The notes beneath the pieces are model-generated. The model had not been told where the DNA came from. It saw only the letters and a program-made list of their open reading frames with translations, and searched no databases. From positions 1 to 64,000 of IMG/VR virus record IMGVR_UViG_3300033562_000771: a DNA stretch of 64,000 bases; one strand, 5' to 3'. Position 1 is the stretch's first letter; each line of letters begins with the position of its first letter. The translations under genes were made by a program, and so were the position numbers. Shown one piece after another: positions 1-9,471 of this stretch. The DNA is from an uncultured virus (IMG/VR IMGVR_UViG_3300033562_000771) (lineage: Duplodnaviria; Heunggongvirae; Uroviricota; Caudoviricetes).

Positions 1-85
1 GAACAATCAGAACAATCAGAACAATCAGAACAATCAGAACAATCAGAACAATCAGAACAATCAGAACAATCAGAACAATCAGAAC
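1..85. repeat. Tandem repeat of 9-bp unit GAACAATCA, about 9 copies, truncated by the window edge
   Basis: Directly visible; encodes SDC repeats on the minus strand. Confidence 0.97.
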
Positions 86-308
86 AGCAGGGTTCATTCT
101 TAAGTTCAGACTCATCAATAGTCCCAGAACAGCCACACCCAAGACACCGATAAGCCCCGGTACCCATGTCCCCAACACAACTGGGATGTTTATCCTCATG
201 GGATGGATTCGGGCAGTTCGACACGAATTTAGTCCCTTGAAGAGATACTGTTACGGGGGAGCCCTTCTTTTTTGAGAGATACTCAGTAATGTATGTGGTT
301 GAAAACAC
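1..308 (-). CDS. Partial CDS (runs off window edge): CHC2-type zinc-finger protein followed by (Ser-Asp-Cys)n repeats
   Basis: Manual translation from GTG at 308, which overlaps the TAG of the upstream ORF: MFSTTYITEYLSKKKGSPVTVSLQGTKFVSNCPNPSHEDKHPSCVGDMGTGAYRCLGCGCSG...CCSDCSDC. The CP..HED..PS...Y.C.GC pattern matches the DnaG zinc-binding domain. Not in the ORF track. Confidence 0.65.
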   Translation of the reverse strand, partial: MFSTTYITEYLSKKKGSPVTVSLQGTKFVSNCPNPSHEDKHPSCVGDMGTGAYRCLGCGCSGTIDESELKNEPCCSDCSDCSDCSDCSDCSDCSDCSDCSDC

Positions 309-577
309 TAGATGCTCCTATATGTTATGGTTTGACGCAGTTTACGAAGAAGATTCTCCAGGGGGGCTATTGGACATGACTCGGTATGAAGTGTCCCACT
401 AGTGGCAATAAACCCACAAAGTGTGCAGGTGGGTTTGTCGTTAATATCATCATATGGGAGTTCCAGAAACATCTCGTCAATAATATCTGAAGCCATATTG
501 ATATCTTGCGCCAAACATCTGGGGCACTCTTGTTGGTAAAAACTTAACTCGAAAGAGCAGCGTGGGCAGGGGATCAT
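308..577 (-). CDS. Small Cys-rich (double zinc-ribbon-like) hypothetical protein
   Basis: CPRC...CPRC and CTLC...H..SC motifs; overlaps neighbouring genes at start and stop. Confidence 0.6.
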   Translation of the reverse strand: MIPCPRCSFELSFYQQECPRCLAQDINMASDIIDEMFLELPYDDINDKPTCTLCGFIATSGTLHTESCPIAPLENLLRKLRQTITYRSI

Positions 578-772
578 ACATTTTTTCTAAATCGAGTATA
601 TTCAATGAAGAATAATACTCGGTAAAAAACTGTAACCCCAAAGGTAATTGAGTAGTTAGGGGATACTCTGGGCCTAAACTCTAGCCCAACTAGCATATCA
701 GGCCAGGAGGACCATATAGACAGTTCCAAAAAAGACTTTTTAGATCTTTTCTCAAAATACATTTTAATGCCC

Positions 773-1147
773 CTAAGATAGAACCTCACGAAGCGTTTCT
801 ATTGGTTGAATCCCTATGAATCTAACCGGCCAGTTAGCAGTCTCTGGATGATACTTCGCATAAATTGCAAGGGCGTCATCAAGTTTACCCGCCATGAAAA
901 GTTCTTTAATATATTTAAACTCCTGTGACTGTTGATAGCACGTAAGCTTTCCATAAAGGATGGGCTCGTGGTGCCAGTCTGTGGATTCGGAGAGATTCTT
1001 GGAAGGCCATATAAAAGCCATGGGACGGATCTGCCAATGAGGGGGATATACCTTTTTACGGTGTTTGTGCCCCGTAGTAGGTTTGGGATCGATCCTCTTG
1101 GCCTCAGAGGGCTTAAGAATCCCCAGGTCTTTCTCATACTTGGACAT
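773..1147 (-). CDS. Hypothetical protein
   Basis: ORF with an AGGAGG RBS upstream, in a tightly packed minus-strand array. Confidence 0.6.
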   Translation of the reverse strand: MSKYEKDLGILKPSEAKRIDPKPTTGHKHRKKVYPPHWQIRPMAFIWPSKNLSESTDWHHEPILYGKLTCYQQSQEFKYIKELFMAGKLDDALAIYAKYHPETANWPVRFIGIQPIETLREVLS

Positions 1148-1393
1148 TGGGGTCCTCCTTAATACCCGGCTTCCGTGAGCGTTTTACATATGAGTTTGGC
1201 GATTGTGTATGATTGAACATCCTCAACGTGGTCGTGCCCATCACCGGGTTCCCAGCCCCCAGCAATCTCACGCTCAGACGCAAAAATACCCGCATAATGG
1301 TCTGGAGTCCAGATAGTAATCTCATGCTCCATATCTTGGGCATCTGTAAATTCAACTTTGGTGCCATAATACTTACCATTCAGGGGTAGGATC

Positions 1394-1648
1394 TTAGCCA
1401 TTAGTTCTCCGTATAAATAGATTGTCCAGCAAAATATCAATTTCTTGGGGAGTTAACATGGGAGACTGTATGCGCTTACAGGCAAGGCACAGTTTAAAAC
1501 GAATATAATCCCCACCCCCCATTCCCAGATCTTTGGGGACATACCCACTAAAGGTCTTGCCAGATGAGAGGTCCTGTATTGTAAATGTATCTTCACACTT
1601 TGCCTGAATTGCAACCATCTTAGTTGACTGGCAAAACTTGCAGATCAT
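1394..1648 (-). CDS. Small zinc-ribbon hypothetical protein
   Basis: CKFC...CLAC motifs; probable start at ATG 1648 after a GGAG RBS and a CGTATTTA motif. Confidence 0.6.
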   Translation of the reverse strand: MICKFCQSTKMVAIQAKCEDTFTIQDLSSGKTFSGYVPKDLGMGGGDYIRFKLCLACKRIQSPMLTPQEIDILLDNLFIRRTNG

Positions 1649-1696
1649 ATGGACTCCCGTTCTATAAATACGGGACCTTTTCAAGAAAGATTCAAA

Positions 1697-2191
1697 TTAA
1701 TCCCAAAGCGAGTCGAAATGTTTTACGAAAAGGGCTGACCCCTCTGCCCACTGAGCCTCAAGAGGAGATCTCCAGGCTTCATACAATTCGGGGTCAAACT
1801 CCCCCACAAGATCCCTATCACTCTGCTTGACCCAGCAATGCTCCCCATAGGTCAAATCATCTAGAAGTTGCAACTTAGCGGCAAAGCCATTAATCATTTT
1901 ATCCAGGATGTCATTCCAGGATTCCTCTGTAAGGTCACAGGGATGCCCATGAGTAGACTTCTTGAAGTGAAGAAGGGCGTGGTAGATCACATCCGCCGCG
2001 TAATCATTCAAGTTCCAAGTATCTGAGTCGGCATATCCCCGCGCCATTCTCTGCCACTTAGTTTTAAAAAACTGCTTATAAATCCATGGCGTGAACCAAT
2101 GTGCCCACCAGCTACTACAGAACCTGCGATAGCCACAGGGGAAAATGGGATACCAAAAGTTAAAAGCGTAGTATTTCTTTGGACTAAACAC
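1697..2191 (-). CDS. Phage hypothetical protein
   Basis: RGYADSDTWNL...W..IL.KMI.GF...F.KHF.SLWD pattern recalled from phage hypotheticals. Confidence 0.65.
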   Translation of the reverse strand: MFSPKKYYAFNFWYPIFPCGYRRFCSSWWAHWFTPWIYKQFFKTKWQRMARGYADSDTWNLNDYAADVIYHALLHFKKSTHGHPCDLTEESWNDILDKMINGFAAKLQLLDDLTYGEHCWVKQSDRDLVGEFDPELYEAWRSPLEAQWAEGSALFVKHFDSLWD

Positions 2192-2656
2192 CGCTAGGAA
2201 CTCCTATCCTATTCATTTTAAGTTCATGCAGCAGTTGCTTACCCACCATACTACATAGGCGGGGCGTTGCGTCTGGGAAGAGGCCTTCATATTCATAGAG
2301 TAGGTCAAGAGTAAAAAATTGCTCGACCCACGGCCATAGAGGAGCCGTGGGGTCATACCCCCAGGTAGTTGGCATTATATTCTCCATGCGTATAGATACG
2401 CGATAAACTATTTGAAAAACCAGTATTTTTAGAATAAGTCTATGGAAACTTGGTTGGGTCCATGGGGCGTTCCATTATCTTCTCGATATACAACCCAAAC
2501 CCCTTCGGAATGATCTGCATCCTCCAGAATAGATATCTCATGGGGGTGTAAATTATCCAAAGGGGTATTTATGGGCTTCCAGGTTAAATTATGGGCATCT
2601 AGGGCGATACCTTGGGATTCTGCGGGACTCATGAAAATAACCCTCCAATATAAGAC

Positions 2657-2836
2657 TTAATTAGAGGGTTGTCTTAATTTAGATATAAGTTCAACCGAGA
2701 GTGCAGGGGAGATGTCCCCCCTGCACTTGCAGCATCTATAAACCGACACACGGACAATACCATCTCGATATGTGTGGTAAACGGGTAACAGTTCCCGTGG
2801 TGTCATTTCGTGCCCACAACTAGCACACGTAAACAT
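2657..2836 (-). CDS. 59-aa zinc-ribbon protein (below the ORF-track cut-off)
   Basis: Manual translation MFTCASCGHEM...YRCCKCRGD...; ATG directly follows the stop of the RNA ligase gene. Confidence 0.55.
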   Translation of the reverse strand: MFTCASCGHEMTPRELLPVYHTYRDGIVRVSVYRCCKCRGDISPALSVELISKLRQPSN

Positions 2837-3961
2837 TTAGTTCTCAACATCCTCAAGTGGAACTTTCATCCAGTCTAGGGTAGATTTAGGGCTAGCAGTC
2901 TTAAACCAATCCATTGCCGAATCTATTCGTCCCCCACGAAGAGCAAAAAGAACTGCAGAGTATTTATACGTAAGCGCCACACCCGCAAAATCCTTCTGGA
3001 GTTCTATATCCTTAAGCTTACTATATACAAGGTTAATTTCAGAGACCAATTCAAGCAATTTACCTTGGAGGTCTACAATACGAGACTGTAGAATCTTAGG
3101 GAGAACCGACAGGACATCATCAGTCTTACCGCTAAGGAGAAGTTCTAGACGGGATCGGTTGCTACGCCCCAAACCATCAACCTGATGAGAAATGAGGCAG
3201 TATGCGTCACTCTTCAGCTTTACACGGTTAAACTTAGAGTCCATCAACACAAAACCTTCATACTGAAGAGGGTGTCGAGTCTGAACAAACTCTCGAATAG
3301 CCTCCTGAGAGAACTTTTCATAGAGCTTAACGATGGGAAGAGGAAACTCGGGATGCTCCAACGACCAACTCTGGACATCTAACTCCGTGTTAGAGCACAG
3401 GTCTCGAATAGCCAGAAGAACCAAATTGCGGCCACTGTGACGGACAACAACCTGATTTTCTTCGCAGAGCAACTCACATACATAACAATAATTAGGATCC
3501 AAGTGGGTCTGCAAAGCTTCCCAGGAGGTCCCCATGTCGCTCAATGCTTGAAGAACAAGTTGGTAGAAAGTCATACCAAAATCCCCAACAGGAGTCGAAC
3601 CGTCTGGAACCGAACGAGTCGAAACTTGCCAACCAGCGGTGTTATGATGCCAGAGAGTAATCAGAGAACCATCAAGCTTTTCGGTAGTCTTAAAATTCTC
3701 CCAATCAAAATCTGCGGGGATATGCCCCTCCCCATAGTTAAAGAAGCGGGGGAATGCCCACGCCTTAATATCCCAGCTATCTAATTCTAGGGTTAAAGAA
3801 CGGCACTCCTGAACTAGAGGGTGGCTTATGGGGGACTCAAACTGAGAGTAGTTCAGGCACACCACATTAAGGTCCGAGTTGACTCGAAACCCAATACCAA
3901 ACTCGGCCTTGAGATCCTCAAGACTCTTACCGCCTCGCAGATATTCTTGAACCTTGAGCAT
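2837..3961 (-). CDS. T4 Rnl1-like RNA ligase
   Basis: ECRSLTL, FPRFFNYGE, motif I EKLDGS, EGFV and RVKLKS motifs. Confidence 0.88.
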   Translation of the reverse strand: MLKVQEYLRGGKSLEDLKAEFGIGFRVNSDLNVVCLNYSQFESPISHPLVQECRSLTLELDSWDIKAWAFPRFFNYGEGHIPADFDWENFKTTEKLDGSLITLWHHNTAGWQVSTRSVPDGSTPVGDFGMTFYQLVLQALSDMGTSWEALQTHLDPNYCYVCELLCEENQVVVRHSGRNLVLLAIRDLCSNTELDVQSWSLEHPEFPLPIVKLYEKFSQEAIREFVQTRHPLQYEGFVLMDSKFNRVKLKSDAYCLISHQVDGLGRSNRSRLELLLSGKTDDVLSVLPKILQSRIVDLQGKLLELVSEINLVYSKLKDIELQKDFAGVALTYKYSAVLFALRGGRIDSAMDWFKTASPKSTLDWMKVPLEDVEN

Positions 3962-3976
3962 AATATCTCCTCGCTA

Positions 3977-3984
3977 TAAATACG
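3977..3984 (-). promoter_or_regulatory. Representative of the recurring CGTAT(C/T)TA upstream motif (putative early/middle promoter)
   Basis: Copies at 1665-1672, 2393-2400, 3977-3984, 17791-17798, 21187-21194, 23480-23487, 27133-27140 and 29697-29704, each shortly upstream of a start codon. Confidence 0.7.
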
Positions 3985-4008
3985 GGAGCTTTACTCAAAA
4001 GATCCATC

Positions 4009-4617
4009 TTAAATTTCTGGGGCAATTGTCATCAGAATTTCTTCCAGTCTACGTATTCCATATGGTTTAGCTAGAAGAGTTACCCCAACATACGTGGACG
4101 CAAGGAGTTGTGCAACCTCGTCAATGACTCCACTGGCTAAAATTATGGGTGTAGTTGCTAATAAATCACGTAGGCGTGGGAGGGTCCCCGCTCCACCTAG
4201 CCCAGGCATCCGCATGTCTAGGATAATAATATCTGGCTTGAGCCCCCCCTGAATAAGCGCGAGACTTTCCTCCCCACTTTGTGCGGTGGCTACCTCATAC
4301 CCGAGAGTAGTTAAAAGACTCACACCAGCTTCAAGCAATAAATCATTGTCATCTATGAATAACACTTTTACATTTCTCATGGCCAATTTACCCCCGTGGG
4401 TCAATTTCTTAACCTGAAGTTCTCGCTTAAGCGCTTCAGATTTATTTCCGGCCTTTACTAAAAAGATTAACTGTATAGGACCGCGCCCTCTGGTATATTT
4501 AGCACCCTTCCCCGCCTGATGTGCCCGTAGTCTTTTAAATGGATCTGGGGAGATCCCTGTATAAATTGAACCGTCACCGCACAACAGGAGGTAGAGATAC
4601 CATAGGTTCGATTTCAT
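4009..4617 (-). CDS. GIY-YIG nuclease fused to a response-regulator receiver (REC) domain
   Basis: N-terminal WYLYLL.C.DGSIYTGI...RL.AH..GKGAKYTRGRGP (UPF0213-type GIY-YIG). C-terminal VLFIDD...IILDMRMP...LASG...LLAKPY (REC with Asp, Ser/Thr and Lys-Pro). Confidence 0.88.
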   Translation of the reverse strand: MKSNLWYLYLLLCGDGSIYTGISPDPFKRLRAHQAGKGAKYTRGRGPIQLIFLVKAGNKSEALKRELQVKKLTHGGKLAMRNVKVLFIDDNDLLLEAGVSLLTTLGYEVATAQSGEESLALIQGGLKPDIIILDMRMPGLGGAGTLPRLRDLLATTPIILASGVIDEVAQLLASTYVGVTLLAKPYGIRRLEEILMTIAPEI

Positions 4618-5188
4618 GTAGAAGTTTTTCCATGAGAGCTGGAGTTCTAGTTTTATTGTATGTATCTAGTTGCTTTTTACTTATGGAACGTCCAGGGGCA
4701 CCTTGAAGGGCTTCAGACATATTTCTAGCTCGGATAGTTCCCATATAGCAATCATTGGGTCTCCCGCCCACGATATACTGGATATCTTTAAGAACATCTT
4801 CTCGATATCGGCAAGGCCAAAAATAATATGTCTTGATCGTTGGGTCCTGCTTGACGGTATTAGATCTAGTTTTATAAGGTATGCCCAATCTATCCAAGGC
4901 GGCAGTAACTGTATAGAAACTCACCCCCAAGGTTTCGGATACCGCCAACCTCGAATTTAATTTCGAGAAAGACTTCTGAATATCTGCGTCCGAAACATAC
5001 ATAGCTACTCTAGGGGTTTGAATAACTCGTGCTCTATAAAGTCTAGCCATGATAGCTCGAACAGAGATACCTAGGTTCTTTGAGATAAGCTTAACGCCCT
5101 CTATTGAGGGGTTCTCATTATAGAGAGCCACAATAGAGGGCGTAGAATGCTTTATACGCATCGAAAGCTCTCTAGTGCCCCGCACCAT
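4574..5188 (-). CDS. Putative HTH DNA-binding protein
   Basis: Two HTH-like segments (ISKNLGISVRAIMARL; VSETLGVSFYTVTAAL). Confidence 0.5.
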   Translation of the reverse strand: MVRGTRELSMRIKHSTPSIVALYNENPSIEGVKLISKNLGISVRAIMARLYRARVIQTPRVAMYVSDADIQKSFSKLNSRLAVSETLGVSFYTVTAALDRLGIPYKTRSNTVKQDPTIKTYYFWPCRYREDVLKDIQYIVGGRPNDCYMGTIRARNMSEALQGAPGRSISKKQLDTYNKTRTPALMEKLLHEIEPMVSLPPVVR

Positions 5189-5615
5189 TCAAAAATTCCA
5201 AGAAGGCGTTGTAGACCTCTCTAGCCTCACCTGGACCCTGCTCAACAGCAACCCCACGGACCCAGAAACCATCTGGACCAATCTTTAGGATCTCATTATT
5301 CTCTTGAGTATGAAAAACGATGTTGTTTGGTTTAATTTCATTAGAGAGTATTTGGTCTGACACTCTGAGGCTCCTCAAGGATGTAACAGTCTGTTTTTTT
5401 AACGATATTGATATACCCGGAGGGTTCTCTACTCTTAAACCCTTCAGTCCAGACACCTAAAAATGGGACGGTGGTACCCACCAGGGGTGCATACCACATC
5501 AGGGGGTCCGAACATTTAGTTATATAAAGCAGCTTATCCATATCAATATCTTAATACAGACTAGAAACATCCTGACGAGAGTTTACGAAACTTTAAACCA
5601 ATTAAATGCCCTACC

Positions 5616-6278
5616 TTAATTCTCTGCTTCTATATAAACATCTTTAATGTAAAAGCTTCCTGAGGCATACATGGTTTTTAAAAGGGCATTTTTATATGGA
5701 TTAGATTTTGCTGTAAATCTTACTTTAAAGTTATCTAAAGATGTAGAAGGTAAAGTACCTAAATCAAATGGTGTTGTATAGGTTCTACTACCATTATTTG
5801 AAGATACATTGGTGATAAATACACTTGTCCAGACTGTTCCATTTATTGAATACTGTATTGTTAGGGCAGCTTGCACAGGTTCAAACGTCTCTTGATCTTC
5901 TTGTATTGTAGCACTCCAATCATATGTTAAATACAGCTTGTATTTTGTATATGTAGTAGAACCAGAAAAAGAGTATGTTTCATAAACTGTTACACTGTTA
6001 GCAAAACCACTCTGCAATGAAGCATAGGTTGTAGTAGTTCCCGGTGTTCCAGCACCATCATATGCACTAGCATAACCTGTCGCTGAACCTGCTCTTGCAG
6101 AAGGTTTTGCAAAAACATTTAAGCTATAGCTTTCAATTACACCGTTCCACATTGTTATAGCTGATCCAGCAGGTCCATACTTCAGGGGTGTTATTAACGC
6201 CCCCGTTGTTGTATTTAAGCAGGATGCTTCAATAGGCCGAACGATATTTCCGGTAGTAGCTGAGAATCTATAGGGCAT
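5616..6278 (-). CDS. Tail-fibre-associated beta-sandwich protein
   Basis: Ser/Thr-rich, AYDG...T, IQYS.NG..W, ends F.IKDVYIE; coupled to the tail fibre gene by a TAATG overlap. Confidence 0.55.
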   Translation of the reverse strand: MPYRFSATTGNIVRPIEASCLNTTTGALITPLKYGPAGSAITMWNGVIESYSLNVFAKPSARAGSATGYASAYDGAGTPGTTTTYASLQSGFANSVTVYETYSFSGSTTYTKYKLYLTYDWSATIQEDQETFEPVQAALTIQYSINGTVWTSVFITNVSSNNGSRTYTTPFDLGTLPSTSLDNFKVRFTAKSNPYKNALLKTMYASGSFYIKDVYIEAEN

Positions 6279-7460
6279 TAGATTGGATCCAGTTGTAGCT
6301 GATTGCTGGCGTTAATAGATAACCTGAAGCGAGTACCTGAAGGATTACGCATTATAATACCGCCTGCAGTGCCATTATTTGTAGCCTCAAATTGAGTACC
6401 TCCAATAGCAGCGCCAGTGGAACCAATGTTTACATCAGTAATAATCTTAGCCCATGGCGACCAAGCACCAGTATCATTATCTCTCTTCGACCTTATGTAG
6501 TTATCAGCGTGAGAGCCATCAGAACCAGACCAACCTAGTAAGAGTTGATTTGCACCCCCACCTCTCATATGAAGAACATTACCATAAGAGGTAGGATAAC
6601 CATCCCCAGAATAACATCCATAGAAGTTTAATCCATCTGTACCCCTAGTGGTTCCTGGCGCGGCTGCTGTATAAATACCTTTCCAGGCTAAAGAACCATT
6701 GAAAGATGGAGCAGTGATCACACCAGCACTATTGATTCTTACACCACCCGTACCATTCCAAGCACCGATAGTTAAAGAGCCCTGGCCTGAAGTTCCATTG
6801 GTAAATACAAGAACATTATCACCTTCTTGTACTGCTGGATTATAAGCACCCGTAGGTTGGTTATTGACTAATAGATTGTAAGCAGAGCCGGTTTGAGATT
6901 TAATACTAGAACCGATGATTTGACCAGTAGAGGTTAAAGGTCTATACATTAAAATAGTTCCGCCAGCACTATTAGGAATGACCAAAGGTTGATCAATCCA
7001 AACACCGCTACTATTCCAAGAGCTAAAAGAAACATTATTAGCATCACAATACAAAGCTGCTCTGGTTTGACCTGCTACACCAAACTGATATCCACCTATT
7101 TGCCCTGCTACAGCATTTACTCTGAAAATACTTGTAGAAGATGGATGAGAAACACTTACTGTATCAGTAAATCCACCGGAAGTACCGATAAAGGGTAAGT
7201 GAGCCTGCACATAGTTTCCACCACTAGATAAGGATAAACAATCTGTTCCTGCGGTTTGCAGTTTTAAACCACCCTGAGAAGAGCTATTCATTAAATAGCT
7301 CCAGTTATTTGTTTTTGGTAAGTCTATATCACCTGTAAAAGTGGCAAGGCCAGTAGCAGCAATGGTTAGTTTTGTTTCTAATCCAAGGGCGTCTGATGTC
7401 TTGGTCTTGAAGTACAAACAGCCGTGGCCGTAGTCGTTTGCAACCTGCTCCATAGACACC
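6278..7460 (-). CDS. Tail fibre, C-terminal part (frameshifted from the N-terminal part), with a knob-like receptor-binding domain
   Basis: Gly/Ser/Thr-rich; YPTSYGNVL...YIRSKRD...WSPWAKI knob-type motif; protein-like sequence begins at EQVANDYG, where the upstream ORF loses its tail-fibre character. Confidence 0.7.
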
Positions 7461-9236
7461 ACCAAAAGCAATACCTGCGGATCTACCCATGGTAATACCA
7501 CAAACCACTTGATCCATTGAGGTACCATAGTTATTAGTGATCACCAGGGGTTTTGTTGACACCGCTGACGAATCTGTAAGAGTGCTAACTCCTGCGGCGA
7601 AGGTACCAGTGAAAGATCCTGAGAGAGCGTTAATGGAACCATTAGCCGTTATATTACCGTGGAAGTTGACATTATTAGTTCCAGTTGGTAACGTCATTAC
7701 ATAGGCGGTATTAGCAGCATTAACTAAAGAAAAATCATAGGTTGATCCGGTCTTAGGCCATAACAATAAGCCCTGAGAAGGAGTCCATAAAATACTTCCA
7801 GCAGCACTATTAGTAGACCCATTTACAAGTAAACAAGAAGCTTGAATCGAGCTAGTGAATGTTCCTGTAGTGGCTGTTAAAGCTGCTGATGTTATTTCAT
7901 TCAGAGCATAAGAAGGCTTTGTAGCAGCTTTAGCCCATGCTGAAACATCTGATGCAGGTCTAGAGTTAGTCAGTCTAGAATCACTGGAGAGTATTACAGA
8001 AGTGTTTGTAGCTCCAGGAGTGAAGGTAAGGATTCCAGCAGTACCAGGAGCTTTCATTTCAAAGCCTGTCCTGTCTCCTGTTGTTCTGAAGTATCCAGAG
8101 ATAGCTGAAGCCTCTTCAATCTCTAAGCCAGAAACAGCACCAGAAGAAGCTACACCATTCTTATTAAGTGTTATTAGCTTATCTGATACTGCAATGTTAG
8201 TAGTATTGATTGTAGCTAGTGTTCCAGCTATGGCTACAGTGTCTCCAGCACCACCAAGATTAATGGTAGTGGTTCCTGATCCTGTTCCTATGTTGATTGT
8301 TTGGGTAGTAGAAGCTGTTCCAAGATTGATTGCTGAAGCTGTTGATGTTCCTAGATTCAGGGTGGCGGCATCAGCGGCTAGTGCGGTAGTTGCGGTAGCT
8401 GCATTTCCAGTAGTGGATTGATTCAAGACAGGGAATGTGCAGTTAGTAAGGTTCCCACTGGATGGGGTGCCCAACGCCCCACCTGGGGCTACATAATCAG
8501 ATCCTGCTGTGGCCGCAACCAATGCAGAAGCACTTCCCTTCAGAATCCCTGAAATTGTAGTAGTTAAAGTAATAGCTGGGGTTGTAGTTGAGTTAGCTAC
8601 GCTACCCCCAAATCCATTTGCAGAAGCTACGGATACCGAGACTACGGTTCCGGTGTTTGAGGTATATCCTGAAGGATTCGTAGCATTGTATGGGGTAAAC
8701 CCTAGGGCTGTTGTGACGTCCCCTGAGGATATGGATGTGATATACGTTGAGGTATCCACACTCCAAGTGTTTTCCGCTGTTTTCTTTAGAAGACCCGTAG
8801 TTCCAGATAACTCTGCAATAGCCGTTAAGTCACCATCAAGCGGCTGATATACTGAGGCATGGTTATGTGAATCTAATGAATACGTAGACGTATCATAATT
8901 GATGACCCCAGCCGTAGATTTTACAAAACCAGTCCCAGTTAGGGGCTCCTGGAAATCTACCCCAGCCACGGCAGCTACTACACTAGATCCGTTCCCCTTG
9001 AGCAAACCTACAACAGTAGTAGTTATAGAGGACCCACCAAAAACAGACCATCCTGCAGACCCATAGATATAAGGGAGTTGGTCGGTAGTATTATAATAAA
9101 ACCTTCCCACGGCAAGGCTTCCAGAATCCCCAGTAACCTCTGTAGGGTGCGAGGCTAGGTTCTCCATAACCGCTTGAATAAACGGTATTTGATTAAAATC
9201 CATCGCGGATCTTTGTTCGATACCCTTCTTGTCCAT
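7329..9236 (-). CDS. Tail fibre, N-terminal part
   Basis: Typical fibre repeats (YQPLDGDLTAIA, VTTALGFTPYNATNPSGY, DKLITLNKNG, DVSAWAKAATKPSY); start placed at ATG 9236 after GGAGGG. Confidence 0.75.
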   Translation of the reverse strand: MDKKGIEQRSAMDFNQIPFIQAVMENLASHPTEVTGDSGSLAVGRFYYNTTDQLPYIYGSAGWSVFGGSSITTTVVGLLKGNGSSVVAAVAGVDFQEPLTGTGFVKSTAGVINYDTSTYSLDSHNHASVYQPLDGDLTAIAELSGTTGLLKKTAENTWSVDTSTYITSISSGDVTTALGFTPYNATNPSGYTSNTGTVVSVSVASANGFGGSVANSTTTPAITLTTTISGILKGSASALVAATAGSDYVAPGGALGTPSSGNLTNCTFPVLNQSTTGNAATATTALAADAATLNLGTSTASAINLGTASTTQTINIGTGSGTTTINLGGAGDTVAIAGTLATINTTNIAVSDKLITLNKNGVASSGAVSGLEIEEASAISGYFRTTGDRTGFEMKAPGTAGILTFTPGATNTSVILSSDSRLTNSRPASDVSAWAKAATKPSYALNEITSAALTATTGTFTSSIQASCLLVNGSTNSAAGSILWTPSQGLLLWPKTGSTYDFSLVNAANTAYVMTLPTGTNNVNFHGNITANGSINALSGSFTGTFAAGVSTLTDSSAVSTKPLVITNNYGTSMDQVVCGITMGRSAGIAFGGVYGAGCKRLRPRLFVLQDQDIRRPWIRNKTNHCCYWPCHFYR

Positions 9237-9471
9237 TTGACCGCCCTCCCCAAAAGAAAAAGAAGGGCTCACCAAATAAGGTTGGTTGGGGGAGTGCTAC
9301 TCCACACAGATATCAGATTCCCCAATACACATAACGTGGGCCTCTTCTGTGAAGCTATCTTCAATGATTGCCAGAGCTTCCCCTATAGAGGCTGCTGTAG
9401 ATCTACAGACAACCCTCCGTGTGTCTTGACCAACCCCCCTACAAACAATTGCTATATACTGGGTTTCCATG

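Noticed and set aside
1..85. Tandem repeat as a CRISPR array
   Set aside because: 9-bp units with no spacers; the repeat is in frame within a coding sequence
2701..2726. GTGCAGGGG...CCCCTGCAC hairpin as a terminator
   Set aside because: Lies inside a small zinc-ribbon ORF and lacks a U-tract
7461..7528. GTG start of the 416-aa ORF as given in the track
   Set aside because: The first ~25 residues are an out-of-frame reading of the upstream fibre gene; better explained by a frameshift
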